DNA of 64,000 nt from Tubulanus polymorphus (Eukaryota; Animalia; Nemertea). Of the stretch, positions 24,598-38,715 are shown piece after piece. The stretch spans positions 26,002,560-26,066,559 of the forward strand of contig NC_134027.1 of NCBI RefSeq assembly GCF_964204645.1, written 5' to 3'. The notes under the pieces were generated by a model. The model was not told the origin of the DNA, did not search any database, and saw only the letters and a program-made list of their open reading frames with translations. Position 1 is the first letter of the stretch. Every line of letters starts with the position of its first letter. The translations under genes and the position numbers were made by a program.

Positions 24598-26887
24598 TAG
24601 CTTACTCTGTCTCTGAGAAGATCTCTTGGTGCCACCAGATCAGAGGCGAGCACAGTCGACTAATCAAAGATTTATCATGTTCTCTTCAATAAGACATAAA
24701 TCGTGAACCATATATTATGACTTATAGATATTGTCAATATTAACATCAGTAAATAATTCAGATAAAAATAGACTCTCCTAAATATCAATGAAATTGATGA
24801 CGACAATGATATAAGTTCAGTTGTACTAAAATACTAGAAGTATTTCAGGTGGTTTCTACAGTCCCACCCTTCTTCAGTCTAAAAGACATTTTAGACTCAA
24901 GATGGGTGGCGAAATATTTCAAATAAACTTTTTAGTCTTTCAACAATCGCACGATTTTACATTTATTGTTTCATCACGGACATTGTGATCTTAATCATTC
25001 AACAAAAAGACTGAATCAGAAAGTGAAATGTTGAGTTTGACGAGTTCGGACCCTTTCTCAGAAAATCAAAGCAATTAAGCGCGATCATGTCGAACTTCAC
25101 ATAGACAGACAGAGAAAGGAAGTCAGAATCAATGCGTTATGTTTGATTATATTGATGAATATGTTTAATGTCACCCGCGGGATATAACTGATGTCCGCAA
25201 TAACGCCACACTACGCTCCACGCACACGAGACGCACGACTCATAAATCTTTTTCAAGTTTGCGTTCGAACGAAGAGAACGGCTTCGTGATTAGTTCGAGG
25301 TCCTTTACGCCGCGACTAAGTCATCATTCAAACATTCGCTAATCATCTCACCCCTCAACCTCCCCTCCGCTCCCCCCCCCCGACAAAAATCTCAAGTAAA
25401 TTCTTCCCGAAAAACGTTCGTCGATTATGTATTAACTTAGCATTCGACGCCGACCGAAAAATTCTGCATGAAATTCCTTAATAATTGCATTATCATAATG
25501 ATTCAAATATAGGAAGATTTTCACAGACATGCAGAGTTGGGTCCAGGGGTGAAATCTAAGGTGAAATCTTTCTAATCTTTAAATGTCAAATTCATAAGAA
25601 TAAGTTTTTGAAATTTCTGATAAAATTCAGCCTTTATTTTACAGAAAGTACGCCTTTCATCGGATATGTCGATATTGACGATCTATTTTTCATATAGAAT
25701 TTTTACCGAATAAATGGGGAAAAAATACATTAAAAAATATGATAATATTGTGATGAAGGACTGCATTAAAGCAACAGTTTTAGCTTGTGTATGAGAAAGC
25801 AGTCCTTAGAAAAGAAAGATAATACAAACAAATAAATGGGTAGAATTGAATAGAAAAGGAATAAATGACATAATACATATTGATGTCAATTTGATGAAAT
25901 TGAGCCTTTTTGACGTAAAATACCATTAAATAAACAGAGTAATCGATATTTCGAGGGTTTTACAAAGGTCCCGCTGAATCCTGCCCGACGTGTTCACTCA
26001 AACTGATTTTAACGCTTAATAGGATAATAGATATATTCAATAGCTTCAATAAAACCCGTATAATGCGAGTCATATGGCTTACTATAAACTAAACGAGGGA
26101 ATAAGAGAAAGACCGGACTGAATCCTCGGAATCTATTTTCTTGATGAAATATAACGGAAAGAAGCGACGGCGTCATTGTTATTAGTTATGATTGTATGGA
26201 GACGAGCTTACTGACGATGACAAGGCGTAAGACTCGGGGTCGACTGATGACGAACCCCGTCGCTAATAACAATTCATATAAAACGCGCGCCCGAAAATAA
26301 TCAAACAAATCAGACCTTCTAATCAACGAGAGTGATCGAGGTTAAATCCGCGGATTATCCGCGTCATTGTTGCGCGACCCGCGACCGGCGATAACCGACG
26401 CCCGCGTTCGTTTCGAAAACATCTCCGCGGATATCGACCCGCTAATTACGATTGCGATTTAAAAACGCGGGCCCCGGAATCTTGCGGGCGATTTGTTTAC
26501 GATCGAACGAGCGCCGATGGACTTAAAACGCGACTAAACGCCAGTTTTCATGTTTCCCGACAATTCGCGACTGGCTATAAACTCGAGACGAATAACGCTT
26601 ACTGGTATCAGTGATTCATAATACGGACAGAAATTAAAATCTCTAGATACAGATTCGCAAAAGTCACACACAATCCCGCGTCGCGAGACGAGATATAAAA
26701 TAAGTATTGATTGCCACACAATAGATCTAATAACTAATGATATCTGATGCTTTCGAACGAACAATGAGATCTTCTCTGAAATCTGAATCCGGAATAAAAA
26801 AAACTGTCAAGGCATCACCTACATTTATATATACATTATGTATCTATATATGTCACTATTTATATATTCAAAGATGAAAGTCGTTGC

Positions 26888-27295
26888 TATAACCTGATCA
26901 CATGGAGATGATCTAGCCCCGGTCAAACAGGCCCGCACCAGACTGGGGTCAAATTTGGCCCATGCTTAATTAGAGAGCGCGATTACGCGTAAATCACATA
27001 CTCATTACTAAAATGCTATCAAAATGATGCTGTGGCAAGTGAGGTGAGTCACTTCCTGAATCAATTAGCATTCACGTGGAATAATTTGAGGAAAAAAAAA
27101 TTATATTATATTCTAGAATTTCTAATGCTTATATTTGGCACGGGTCCGCTCCAACATTTCTAGTCAGGCTCAATTTGGCAAGTGATAAATTCGTACAGAC
27201 CAATAGTTTGACCCGTTCTAAAATTTGGCTCGGGGCAAATATATATTTTTTATCGGACCAACTTTGACCAAAATGCTCGTGCGATCGCGGCTTTA
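26888..27295. mobile_element. Dispersed element family C, copy without the MITE insertion
   Basis: Homologous to 8668-9056; ends CTCGTGCGATCGCGGCTTTA. Confidence 0.72.
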
Positions 27296-28212
27296 TTCAG
27301 TGAAATGATATCCTATATATACTGCGCGTGGCGTGTTGATTTTTCTGGCCATTGATTTCACGTACTTATCACTTATCACTTTGATAATCATCTTTTCTTG
27401 TCCAACATCAACCGCGCGAATTAATGAAAAAGATATTCCGATTTTCGCGCTCGTTCTATTTTTCCGCGTCGAACACAAAACCGTCGAACAATCGGTAAAA
27501 AAAAAAAATAATAATTCATCGTTTTATCCGTACAACGTTTCTCGAATATAATCAATTAATCTCGGTTTGGTTCCGAGCAAAACACGAACGAACACGAAAA
27601 TATCAAACATCGGATATTAATTCTCGGAAGCTCGTTACGGAAGTTGTCGCGGCGTCCATTACTCAATGAGAGCGCGCCACAAAAAACTCACCGCGAAAAA
27701 CAATCCGCTTTTATTAAGACGCTAAATGCAAATTGCCAGCACTACGAACATTGACCATCGACACAACACTATTTACGTTCTATAACATGCAGGTTCTTAT
27801 TAGAAACTCTACTGTATCTAATGCTATTAGTCGGCGGACCCCTCGTCCCTTGTCACCCCCTAATGATGACTAGAATTAGGGAAAAGTCAAGAAATCAATG
27901 GAGAATCCTGGCTATTTTTCTGATTTTTTTAGTTAATCAACTAGCGGTCGTAGCTAATAATAATTAAACGTACTGTAGTTCCTTCTAAACGCATTTTATA
28001 GAGTCGGCCATCTTGGAACAAGGTCTGGTCAACACCCTGGTTTTCTGAGCTAGTCGTTGGAACTAAAAACCAGTGCTTAGTTCGGTCATAACATATTTCA
28101 GAGTCAGCCATCTTGGAAATAGGTCCGACCTACGGCGACTGTGCTCAATCACATGGTCCACCAGTTAGTTCCCATTAACTGACATTTGGTTTCGGTTAGA
28201 TCACAAATAATA

Positions 28213-30135
28213 GTAAGACTGCAAGTGACTGAGTGAGAGTAAGACTGTTGGAGTGAGAGTAAGACTGTTAGGGTGAGAGTAAGACTGCTGGAGTGAGAGT
28301 AAGACTGTTGGAGTGAGAGTAAGACTGTAGGAGTGAGAGTAAGACTGCTGGAGTGAGAGTAAGACTGCTGGAGTGGGAGTAAGACTGTTGGAGTGAGAGT
28401 AAGACTGTTAGGGTGAGAGTAAGACTGCTGGAGTGAGAGTAAGACTGTTGGAGTGAGAGTAAGACTGTTGGAGTGAGAGTAAGACTGCTGGAGTGAGAGT
28501 AAGACTGTTGGAGTGAGAGTAAGACTGTAGGAGTGAGAGTAAGACTGCTGGAGTGAGAGTAAGACTGTAGGAGTGAGAGTAAGACTGCTGGAGTGAGAGT
28601 AAGACTGCTGGAGTGGGAGTAAGACTGTTGGAGTGAGAGTAAGACTGTTAGGGTGAGAGTAAGACTGTTGGAGTGAGAGTAAGACTGTTGGAGTGGGAGT
28701 AAGACTGTTGGAGTGAGAGTAAGACTGTTAGGGTGAGAGTAAGACTGCTGGAGTGAGAGTAAGACTGTTGGAGTGAGAGTAAGACTGCTGGAGTGAGAGT
28801 AAGACTGCTGGAGTGGGAGTAAGACTGTTGGAGTGAGAGTAAGACTGTTGGAGTGAGAGTAAGACTGTTAGGGTGAGAGTAAGACTGTTGGAGTGAGAGT
28901 AAGACTGTAGGAGTGAGAGTAAGACTGTTAGGGTGAGAGTAAGACTGTTGGAGTGAGAGTAAGACTGTTGGAGTGAGAGTAAGACTGTTGGAGTGAGAGT
29001 AAGACTGTTGGAGTGAGAGTAAGACTGTTGGAGTGAGAGTAAGACTGCTGGAGTGAGAGTAAGACTGTTGGAGTGAGAGTAAGACTGTAGGAGTGAGAGT
29101 AAGACTGCTGGAGTGAGAGTAAGACTGTAGGAGTGAGAGTAAGACTGCTGGAGTGAGAGTAAGACTGCTGGAGTGGGAGTAAGACTGTTGGAGTGAGAGT
29201 AAGACTGTTAGGGTGAGAGTAAGACTGTTGGAGTGAGAGTAAGACTGTTGGAGTGGGAGTAAGACTGTTGGAGTGAGAGTAAGACTGTTAGGGTGAGAGT
29301 AAGACTGCTGGAGTGAGAGTAAGACTGTTGGAGTGAGAGTAAGACTGCTGGAGTGAGAGTAAGACTGCTGGAGTGGGAGTAAGACTGTTGGAGTGAGAGT
29401 AAGACTGTTGGAGTGAGAGTAAGACTGTTAGGGTGAGAGTAAGACTGCTGGAGTGGGAGTAAGACTGTTGGAGTGAGAGTAAGACTGTTAGGGTGAGAGT
29501 AAGACTGTTGGAGTGAGAGTAAGACTGTTGGAGTGAGAGTAAGACTGTTGGAGTGAGAGTAAGACTGTTGGAGTGAGAGTAAGACTGTTGGAGTGAGAGT
29601 AAGACTGTAGGAGTGAGAGTAAGACTGCTGGAGTGAGAGTAAGACTGCTGGAGTGGGAGTAAGACTGTTGGAGTGAGAGTAAGACTGTTAGGGTGAGAGT
29701 AAGACTGTTGGAGTGAGAGTAAGACTGTTGGAGTGAGAGTAAGACTGTTGGAGTGAGAGTAAGACTGCTGGAGTGAGAGTAAGACTGTTGGAGCAGGAGC
29801 TGTACTGCTGGAGTGAGGGAGCTGAGAGTAAGACTGCTGGAGTGAGAGTAAGCCTGTTGGAGTGGGAGTAAGACTGTTGGAGCAGGAGCTGTACTGCTGG
29901 AGTGAGGGAGCTGAGAGTAAGACTGCTGGAGTGAGAGTAAGCCTGTTGGAGTGGGAGTAAGACTGTTGGAGCAGGAGCTGTACTGCTGGAGTGAGGGAGC
30001 TGAGAGTAAGACTGCTGTGTGAGAGTAAGACTGCTGGAGTGAGAGTAAGACTGTTGGAGTAAGAGTAAGACTGTTGGAGTGAGAGTAAAACTGTTGGAGT
30101 GAGGGAGCTGATAGTAAGACTGTTGGAGTGAGGGA
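28213..30135. repeat. 20-bp minisatellite GAGTGAGAGTAAGACTGTTG (about 1.9 kb)
   Basis: Near-perfect register from 28231 to 29790, then a composite degenerate tail. Confidence 0.98.
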
Positions 30136-32154
30136 TGCTGCAGTATATGCTGCTAGTGGCCGAACAGACAGACAACAAGATGCTGAAACCAATAAAGAAA
30201 GACGAAACATTCGCTGCAAGTATAAATGACAACATAATAACTTGATCCTGGTTGATTATAGAACACCAAACATTTGACAGGAAGTTTCTGAGTAACGTGA
30301 TACATCATCATATCGTGTAGCGACGAGCCTCAACCGCCAGATTTAAGACGTCCATTTATTTCGCCAGTCTTAATGACTCTCATTAAAGATGTTCTCATCA
30401 TGTCGAGAGGGAAAGAGAGCGCGATGCTATAAGCCACACGGAGCTCCTCGCAACAAAAACCATCACTTATGCATTCAGTTTACATTTAACTGAGTAAGAG
30501 AGTAAGAGCGCAGTTTTCGAGCTTACAGAACAACGCAGCTACAATTTCGATTATCTCAATCTACTAAGAGCTTCGTTAGGTTGAAATCTGAATCGCAAAT
30601 TTTTGCGCACCGGCCAGAGAGACATGACGGTTTAGCCACGATGAAGTTCTTTTTGTTGTTGTAATTTTCATGTAATTGGTGAAGTAATGAGATTACATGA
30701 GCTGAACTGTGAAGTGCATAGTACATTTATATTGAATTAATAAGGTGCAAGACGTGACTAATAATCTATGTCCAAAACTAAAATAATAAATATTTCAGAA
30801 GGCAGTTACACGGGCAAAGACCAGTCCAAGCCCGCCTTGGTGCGCTTACAACTAAAGACCAATTGAACCGAATTTCCAATTATGTACTTCGATTTAAAAA
30901 AAGAAAATTCTGTAAATTAGACCGCCGATCACACAACTATATCTGTACTTCGATTTCCGATTTCAAAATCAAACCCCCTGTTTCGCTCCCGGCAGGTGTG
31001 GTGGTCAGTAAGGGACACTCAATCAAAAAATCTAACGAAATTTACAAACCAAATAAACAACAGGGACAATCCCTATTTCAAGATAAAAAAAAGACCAATT
31101 GAATAAAAAAACGGCAATCTTGTGGGGAAAAACTAAAGCGTTTTTTTACCCAATTCTATGAGCTGTTTGTTCAAAGCTTTTTTTCCTCGTAGTTATGGGT
31201 TTCATCTTCAATTACATAAGAGACAGAATTGTAGACACGCGAAGACCAGTCCAAGCAAATTGCTGCTTTATCCAATCTAACAACTTAACACCAGTCAAAG
31301 CTAATTTCGGTTCCACGCCAAAAACTTAAACGTAAGCCAATTTTGGTTCTATAATCAATCTAATCACATGAGACCAGTCTAAGCTAATTTCTGTACTATA
31401 ACCAATCGAACAACTTAAAACCAGTCTAAGTTCATTTTTGTACTATAACCAATCGAACAACTTAGGACCAGTCTTAGTACAGCTTTGACAGTCAATCTCC
31501 AGTCTAAGCCACTTTGCTTATGCTATAACTTAAGATCAGATCGAAGATCATTTCTCAGTGGCGAACTGGGCCCAGTATGTCCCGATGAAAGCGATCGTCC
31601 ACGAATATACCGATCAAAGGGAAACAACTCATATAAAAACACAAACCGTCGTCGTCATCTACGAAGACGTATTTTCATTTTCATTTCCACATTTGATGAT
31701 GTGATAATTTCATACGTACGACGACGAGAAGGAATCAAGCGAAGAAGAGATAACAGGATTTTTATTACGGAGGTAAAGTGGACATCGGGGAATCATATAT
31801 TACAGATCGGCAGCTGCCAAACGCTAATGATTCATACACAGGTCTTTAATGATGAAGTATCGGCTCACTTGCCGCAGTTCATTTTTACGAAACGCGTTCT
31901 CGTTACTGTAAAACTCAATTTTCATACACTGAAATGACGCCTATTATGATATTTTTGCGATTGGCAATTGATTGATTTCAGCGGTGATGATCAGTGTGAT
32001 GATGTATCGCCGAGACTGATTCAATCCGAAAACAGCTGCAATATCGCTCAAACATCTCGAGATATATACTTTTGCTTTTTACACGTATAAGAACTAACCG
32101 AAGACATTAGTCATAAGTATAAGGAATAGTAGTTGATGAACCTGAATCCTCCAA

Positions 32155-32731
32155 ATATGCCGGCATTCAGTAATTCTACAGATAAAGCTGTTCCTCCTGA
32201 TATGCCGGCATTCAGTAATTCTACAGATAAAGCTGTTCTTAATGATATGCCGGCATTCAGTAATTCTACAGATAAAGCTGTTCCTCCTGATATGCCGGCA
32301 TTCAGTGATTCTCCGGATAAAGCTGTTCCTCCTGATATGCCGGCATTCAGTAATTCTACGGATAAAGCTGTTCTTAATGATATGCCGGCATTCAGTAATT
32401 CTACAGATAAAGCTGTTCCTCCTGATATGCCGGCATTCAGTAATTCTACAGATAAAGCTGTTCTTAATGATATGCCGGCATTCAGTAATTCTACAGATAA
32501 AGCTGTTCCTCCTGATATGCCGGCATTCAGTGATTCTACAGATAAAGCTGTTCTTAATAATATGCCAGCATTCAGTAATTCTACAGATAAAGCTGTTCCT
32601 CCTGATATGCCGGCATTCAGTGATTCTCCGGATAAAGCTGTTCCTCCTGATATGCCGGCATTCAGTAATTCTACAGATAAAGCTGTTCCTCCTGATATGC
32701 CGGCATTCAGTGATTCTCCGGATAAAGCTGT
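32155..32731. repeat. Minisatellite, 45-bp unit
   Basis: Unit GATATGCCGGCATTCAGTAATTCTACAGATAAAGCTGTTCCTCCT; open in four reading frames. Confidence 0.96.
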
Positions 32732-33985
32732 ACTTGCTGCGGTTGTAGAAAGATACATAGAACACGTCCCCGAAGCGACAGTCAGCAATTACATACATTT
32801 ACCCAGTGATTAACACCTGTCTCTGAAACCTGTACCTTTGATTGACCTAATTACGCATCAGTTCCAGTCTTAGGTCGGCGGGGATAATTTGTCTAATAAT
32901 CTACACGGAGATGTTCCGCTGTAGCTTCCAGTCCAAACTGGCTCTAATGACACTCGCTTCTGAGTAACTCATAATTGCCAAATTAATTGCGCACAAATGT
33001 CAAGTTGTCTCTCGATTCATTCTCACCGTATACATATCTTTTTTCAACGGCGCCAGGACGAACGAAGAAGACCTTCGCTAATTTCGATGACGAATATACA
33101 GCCTAGAGATGGCTTCTTTCGCCGGTGAGCGAGAAAGAGAGAAGAGTTAGAATTAACCGAGGGTTAATTGTTTGAAAGGTCTGTGCACTCACTCAGTCAC
33201 TCCACGGATGTGTATGTTTAATTGGCTAGTTTTACCGATGCGCATATAAAACGCAGATACTGACATCGTCAACTGTTATTAGCACGAACTATCGCCATTA
33301 TCATTAGTAGTGGGCGATTTTAACTTGTGTTTATCTGTTTTGAAACTCAGAGGAAAGATTTCAAGTTGACTCAGATTTAGCGAGAAATATGGACGTATAA
33401 TACTATTATACATTCATGTTGGAACAAACCATTAGAACCCGATTATCGCTAACATTTTTATGTTTTTAGATTCATTGGCTTTTTTTACTTTTCCCTGATT
33501 TTCAAGAAAAGTCCCTGATTTTCTGCTTTTTTTAAACAAAATTCCCGAACTATTTCCCGACTTTTTCAAGAAAAGAAAATTCCACGACTAATCCCTGATT
33601 TCAAGGTAAGTGGTTATCCTGTTCATTTGCTAATTCAAAGTCATCAGAGATGACGAACATCAGATTGAGTTCGGTCTGATACGTGTCAGCAGTCTTGTGT
33701 CCGACATTTAGGCCGCATTGAAATATAATCAATTGAAAGATTGCAGTGAATCACGATTCTCTATGATTCCCCGCTGCGCCGCACAGATATTATGCAGATG
33801 CATGTAAATGTCATTAGACGACTCCGGTAAAAAGAGCGATGATAAGTGGACCAATAACTCCTCACGATTTCTTCACTTCGAGAAAACAGAATCGCTCGTA
33901 ATTAAACTATGGAAATGACTTTCAGTCAACCGGTCCAATTTCGAACACGTCGACCACTAGAACGTTTCAGCCTTTGAAGGACTAG

Positions 33986-34249
33986 CAGAGGCGGATCCAG
34001 GGCCCTATCTCGAGGGGTTCCCAATTGTATATGGGCACTCACTATTATGGGGAGGGCACTTTCTTTGTCAAACCACAGCAAAAAAGGGCACTTAACATCA
34101 AACTTGTGATTTTCAGGGGCACTTACTACGCCAAATCATGCCAAACGAGGGCGCTTTACGTCAAATCCATGGATTTGGGGCATCTCCAGCGCACAGGCAA
34201 AGCTCGACGGTATTCCAGATCCCTTGGAACCCCCCTGGAATCCACCTCT
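33986..34249. mobile_element. MITE with CAG(A/G)GGCGGATCCAG-type termini
   Basis: AGAGGCGGATCCAGGG / CCCTGGAATCCACCTCT; internal GGGCAC repeats. Relatives at 18448-18636, 40631-40900, 48463-48751, 49710-49820. Confidence 0.72.
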
Positions 34250-35671
34250 TTTCTAAGCAATAAGCCTAGCGGTCCTTTCCAATACCAGTCAATGAGTATT
34301 GACCTACAAACACCCTCCACCTCCCATCGCATCATCATAACAGATAGTCAACCGAACTACACTGATTCACGTGTCACTGAAGTAAGATGCTCTTGACCAG
34401 TGCAGTAAAACACCTCAACAGGATTTTGGCAGTATCCCGGAAATGACACTATCCGGACAGGATACAAGAAATTTCTGATTTCTCCATTAGAAGATGTTTT
34501 ATTCAATTCTATCTAGTGTTGGAAATTGGAGGATCACCTATCCTGTGAAGAAGATATTCTTTAGAATAGGATAAATTTAGCCTTGAAATTATGTAGAAAT
34601 ACTTCAAAGCCGTTTAAATTTGACATCTGACCTTTGACCTTCTCACCTCGATTTCGCCGCGACCGGTGATGAACCCTGTCACGATAGATATCGAATTATT
34701 TGAAATTTCAGCTACGATTATTCACGTCATTACGTCTGGAATTAGTCGAAAAAGGTTCCGTTATCGTCATCGGTCGTCATCTCGAATAAGTTTATCATAT
34801 CGCGTCTCATTTGAAAACGACGGAAATCCGATGAGGGTCTCATTAAACAAGACTGTGAATCATAACAAACCGCGTCTCTATAACGCGAGCGAGCGAGCGA
34901 GCGAGCGAGCGCGCGCGTTAGTGACCAGCCGAGCGCCAGACACAATTTCACCATCAAATTTTTCTTCTTTACATATTGATTACTTTCCCGCGGGGGCAGT
35001 ATATTTCGCAGGGCCCCGGGGCTAAAACAATGCGTTCATTAATTGTGATTCTGGATGTACGATGCCGAGTGACTGAGATGATGCCCCGCCCGCAGGGATA
35101 CCGCTACCGCTGCTGCTGCTGCTATGGCAAACAACATCTCGTATGATGGCCGTCACATAAATTAAAACTTATGATTACTGACGGATAATTCTCGGGGAGC
35201 GGTGTCTGAAATTGTTTTTCTCAATGATATAGCTCTCTCTCTCTCTTCTTTCTCTCTCTCTTTCTCTCTCTCTTGCCAACCAATTTAGAGTTGCACGAGT
35301 TTGAAAGGTTTATTATCGCCGACACGGTTTTCTGTGCGCGTTATTTTTGTAATTACACTTTTACAGACGAGGACGAACGATGATGAGTTTTGTGTTTAAT
35401 AACGTTCACGTTTCTTCTGTCCAATTCCTGATAGAAATTGACACTTCTTCTCGTCGGGAAAGAGTGAGAGACAGTGAGAGACAGTGAGAGACAATAGGTA
35501 TTTCAATCAACTCACAAAACTAATGATGAATCCGAAACTTCTTAACTCTTTTACAAACTGAAGCATTCGATTTAAAACCATTGCCAAATTCATAGCTTAC
35601 AAATCAAGACGATATCAGACGTAGACTCGACTCAAGAAAAATCTTTAAGGAATATTTCAATAAATACCCAG

Positions 35672-35893
35672 GGTCCAGTTCCACAGTTCTGAGTTAAGAT
35701 TTGACTCGGAGTTAACTCATTGAAAATGAACTAACTTTAACTCAGAGTTAACTCTAACTCACAACTGTGGAACTGAGTCCTGGACCCAGTTCCACAGTTG
35801 TGAGTTAGAGTTAACTCTGAGTGTGAGTTAGCTCATTTTCAATGTTTTAACACAGAGTCAAATCTTAACTCTGTGGAACTGTGGAACTGCACC
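35672..35893. mobile_element. Two oppositely oriented copies of MITE family D joined by CTG
   Basis: CAG-[GGTCCAGTTCCACAGTT...AACTGTGGAACTGAGTC]-CTG-[GACCCAGTTCCACAGTT...GTGGAACTGCACC]-CTG. Other copies near 15891-15978, 17002-17098, 18340-18430, 42568-42612, 45003-45107. Confidence 0.85.
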
Positions 35894-37349
35894 CTGAGTT
35901 ATAAGCTTATCTCAAAATGTCGAATATACAATTATAGCTCGAGGATACATTTTGCACGAGGCCATGTTTCTTTCTTATTGTCAGATTGGATATTGATCTT
36001 AAAACAGGGATTGACCTTGTTATTCATTTGATTGGTAGATTTTTATTTGGTGTCCTTACAAACCCATCACACTTGCCGGGTAGCGAAACGGAGAGTTTGA
36101 TTTTGAAATCAGAAATCGGCGGCTGAATTTACAGAAGCTTTTGTTTAAATCAAAGTACATAATTGGGATCAGATTTAACATCAGCCCTAACTTTAGTGAT
36201 TTCAGTTAGTAAACCAATCTTATCTCAGTAACATAATGAATTAAATGACTTGCCCTTCATCCGATCAATGGCTCGAATGAATGATAAATCGCGCTTAACC
36301 GAAATTCAGGATTAATTCGTAAGTAATCCGGTGCCGTCAGTGGCGCGCGCGACCGCGCGATCGCGATCCCGCGACGTTTTAAGGGTCACTAATAACGGAT
36401 GCTGCCGGGAATGTATCGTCTCAGGGATGGCTGCGTCGAGATCCGTCTCCGGGGACGACGGCCGAGAATGCCATCCATCACGTAACAAACATAGCATAAA
36501 AACGAGAAATTGGAAGAAGCCGCGACTGAATGGGAATAGTTAACTGGCTATTGTGTTAGTTGATAAGACGAAGAGTTTATCTACGAGACAGAGCCGGCAA
36601 TGATTCGATGCGAGACACTGTCGCTGTCATAATAACCCGTCGCAGTCACAGAACTGATAATTTCTACTAATAAGTTTCTCAATGATGATGATAAGTTAAA
36701 GCGATGTGATTTTCTGCGCACGAACGTCGCGACGCGCTCGCAGACTATTTCCTATGAATTTTTGATACGACAATAGGATTTCTGATGTTCGATCCGTCTT
36801 CTATACACGGGGGATAAAACTCGTCCTTCCTTATTTAGTAGATTCTTAATTCGATCCATTTTAATTTAGAACGGACAAAGTGTTCGCACTAGCAAAAAGT
36901 CTGTTCTAATTTGGTCCCAAAACTTCAGAATTAACCATTTCTCTGTGTGTGAATAGAAACTGTGCTTCATCTGTCAATCACAGTGTTGTGGTGTTGTGTC
37001 TAGTTGACCAGTGATAACAGTTGATTTAAAAACATGTGTGCTCAGCTAAACTACAAAAAATTCCCCAATATTTCCCTGATCCTGGACCGAAAATTCCTTG
37101 ATCAAATCATGAGATATTCTGGGTGGGGCTCTTTCTAATCAAGCGTTTCCTTGCGTCACTCGTCACCAGCAAGAACAACAAGACACCAAAAATTCACATT
37201 CCCTGACATTTCTCTGATTTTCCGGAAAAGTGAGCATTCCCTGATTTTCTCAGCAGGGAGTAAATAATTCCTTGATCTGTAAGAACCCTGAATACAATAA
37301 CCGTGATTTATATTTTTCATCAAGCATCTTCAGCATTGGCATCTTCGGG

Positions 37350-37873
37350 ATGGGCCTTGATAGTCTGAACGCCGGGCCCTGATAGCCTGAACACCGGGGT
37401 TGGGCCTTGATAGTCAGAACGCCGGGCCCTGATAGCCTGAACACCGGGGTTGGGCCTTGATAGTCGGAACGCCGGGCCCTGATAGCCTGAACACCGGGGT
37501 TGGGCCCTGATAGTCGGAACGCCGGGCCCTGATAGCCTGAACACCGGGGCCGGGCCCTGATAGCCTGAACACCGGGGTTGGGCCCTGATAGCCTGAACAC
37601 CGGGGCTGGGCCCTGATAGTCTGAACACCGGGGCTGAGCCCTGATAGCCTGAACACCGGGGTTGGGCCCTGATAGTCGGAACGCCGGGCCCTGATAGCCT
37701 GAACACCGGGGCCGGGCCCTGATAGCCTGAACACCGGGGTTGGGCCCTGATAGCCTGAACACCGGGGCTGGGCCCTGATAGTCTGAACACCGGGGCTGAG
37801 CCCTGATAGTCTGAACACCGACACCAGGGCTGGGACCTGATAGTCTGAACACCGGGGCCTGATAGTCTGAACA
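37350..37873. repeat. GC-rich minisatellite, 22-28-bp units GGGCCCTGATAGCCTGAACACCGGGG
   Basis: Direct tandem copies; source of the three overlapping minus-strand ORFs. Confidence 0.95.
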
Positions 37874-38467
37874 CCACACATGACGTCAACGCAATTTTTT
37901 ATGCAAATAATTCGGTTGTACGTTTAAGCTCCCTCCGAGCACCCGTCATTCGACGCTTAAGTAGACGGACGTGAGCATACAATAATCAACACTAAAACAG
38001 GGACGAATCCGACGGATTAGCTTCGCGACGCCAGTTCATAGTATTAACCAGAAATGAAATAAATTATCGAACGCGAGAGTTTAATACAGTGATAAACGAC
38101 AAACAGACGCAGAGAAAGTAAACTCTCTTTTACCACAGTTTTACTGATCTCTTCTTCCGATTATTTCTAAAATGTCGAGAACAATTTCGACTAATTCGTT
38201 ACCGATGACTACGTAATGTTCGGTTCGGTTTTACGCTAATGACTCGCGTCGCTGTTCGCGACTCCGTTTTACAATTCTACTCGCAATCCGATGACGATTA
38301 CCGGCAAAAAATGAATCTTTCGAAATATGGCTCGATTCGTCGACATTGGAAATTAAAGGGCATCGGAAAATGGAAAGTTCTTTCCACAGATCTTTAAGAG
38401 ATAGAAATTGCTACTAAGGGTTCTAAATGTTAAATGATATATTTGTAAATTCTAAAACGCCTCCTGT

Positions 38468-38715
38468 AACTGGGTGGCCTTCACTTACCCTGATTTTTCC
38501 ATGTGAATAAGAGGAATGTCAAGGTTTAAAATGTTACAATTCATTCATTTTTCATTGAATCGCGTATTGATCAAGAATCACAAGGTCAACAGCATCTTAA
38601 CTCCCAAAGTTTTCCAGGTTTTTGGTAAAAAGTTTGTCAAATTCCCAGAGTTATCCCTGATTTTTTCTGATTCCCTGAGTTTTTCCCGTTTTCCAGATCA
38701 GTGGCGCCACCATGT
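38468..38715. mobile_element. Dispersed TTCCCTGA-rich element (family H)
   Basis: Inverted homolog at 54996-55285 (shared AAAATGTT.CAATTCAT.CATTTT.CAT.GAATC); similar CCCTGATTTT arrays at 33490-33620 and 37060-37290. Confidence 0.65.

Noticed and set aside
26233-26262. CTGATGA...GAA motif within a GGGGT/ACCCC stem
   Set aside because: No helix II and no GAAA; not a hammerhead.
29288-30235. 315 aa and 243 aa Ser/Leu/Thr-rich ORFs
   Set aside because: Translation of the 20-bp satellite cycling through frames.
32094-32813. Four overlapping 170-235 aa ORFs with 15-aa repeats
   Set aside because: Result of a 45-bp tandem unit (multiple of 3) open in several frames; no clear splice signals or protein family signature.
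37250-37889. Three overlapping minus-strand ORFs
   Set aside because: GC-rich minisatellite without stop codons.
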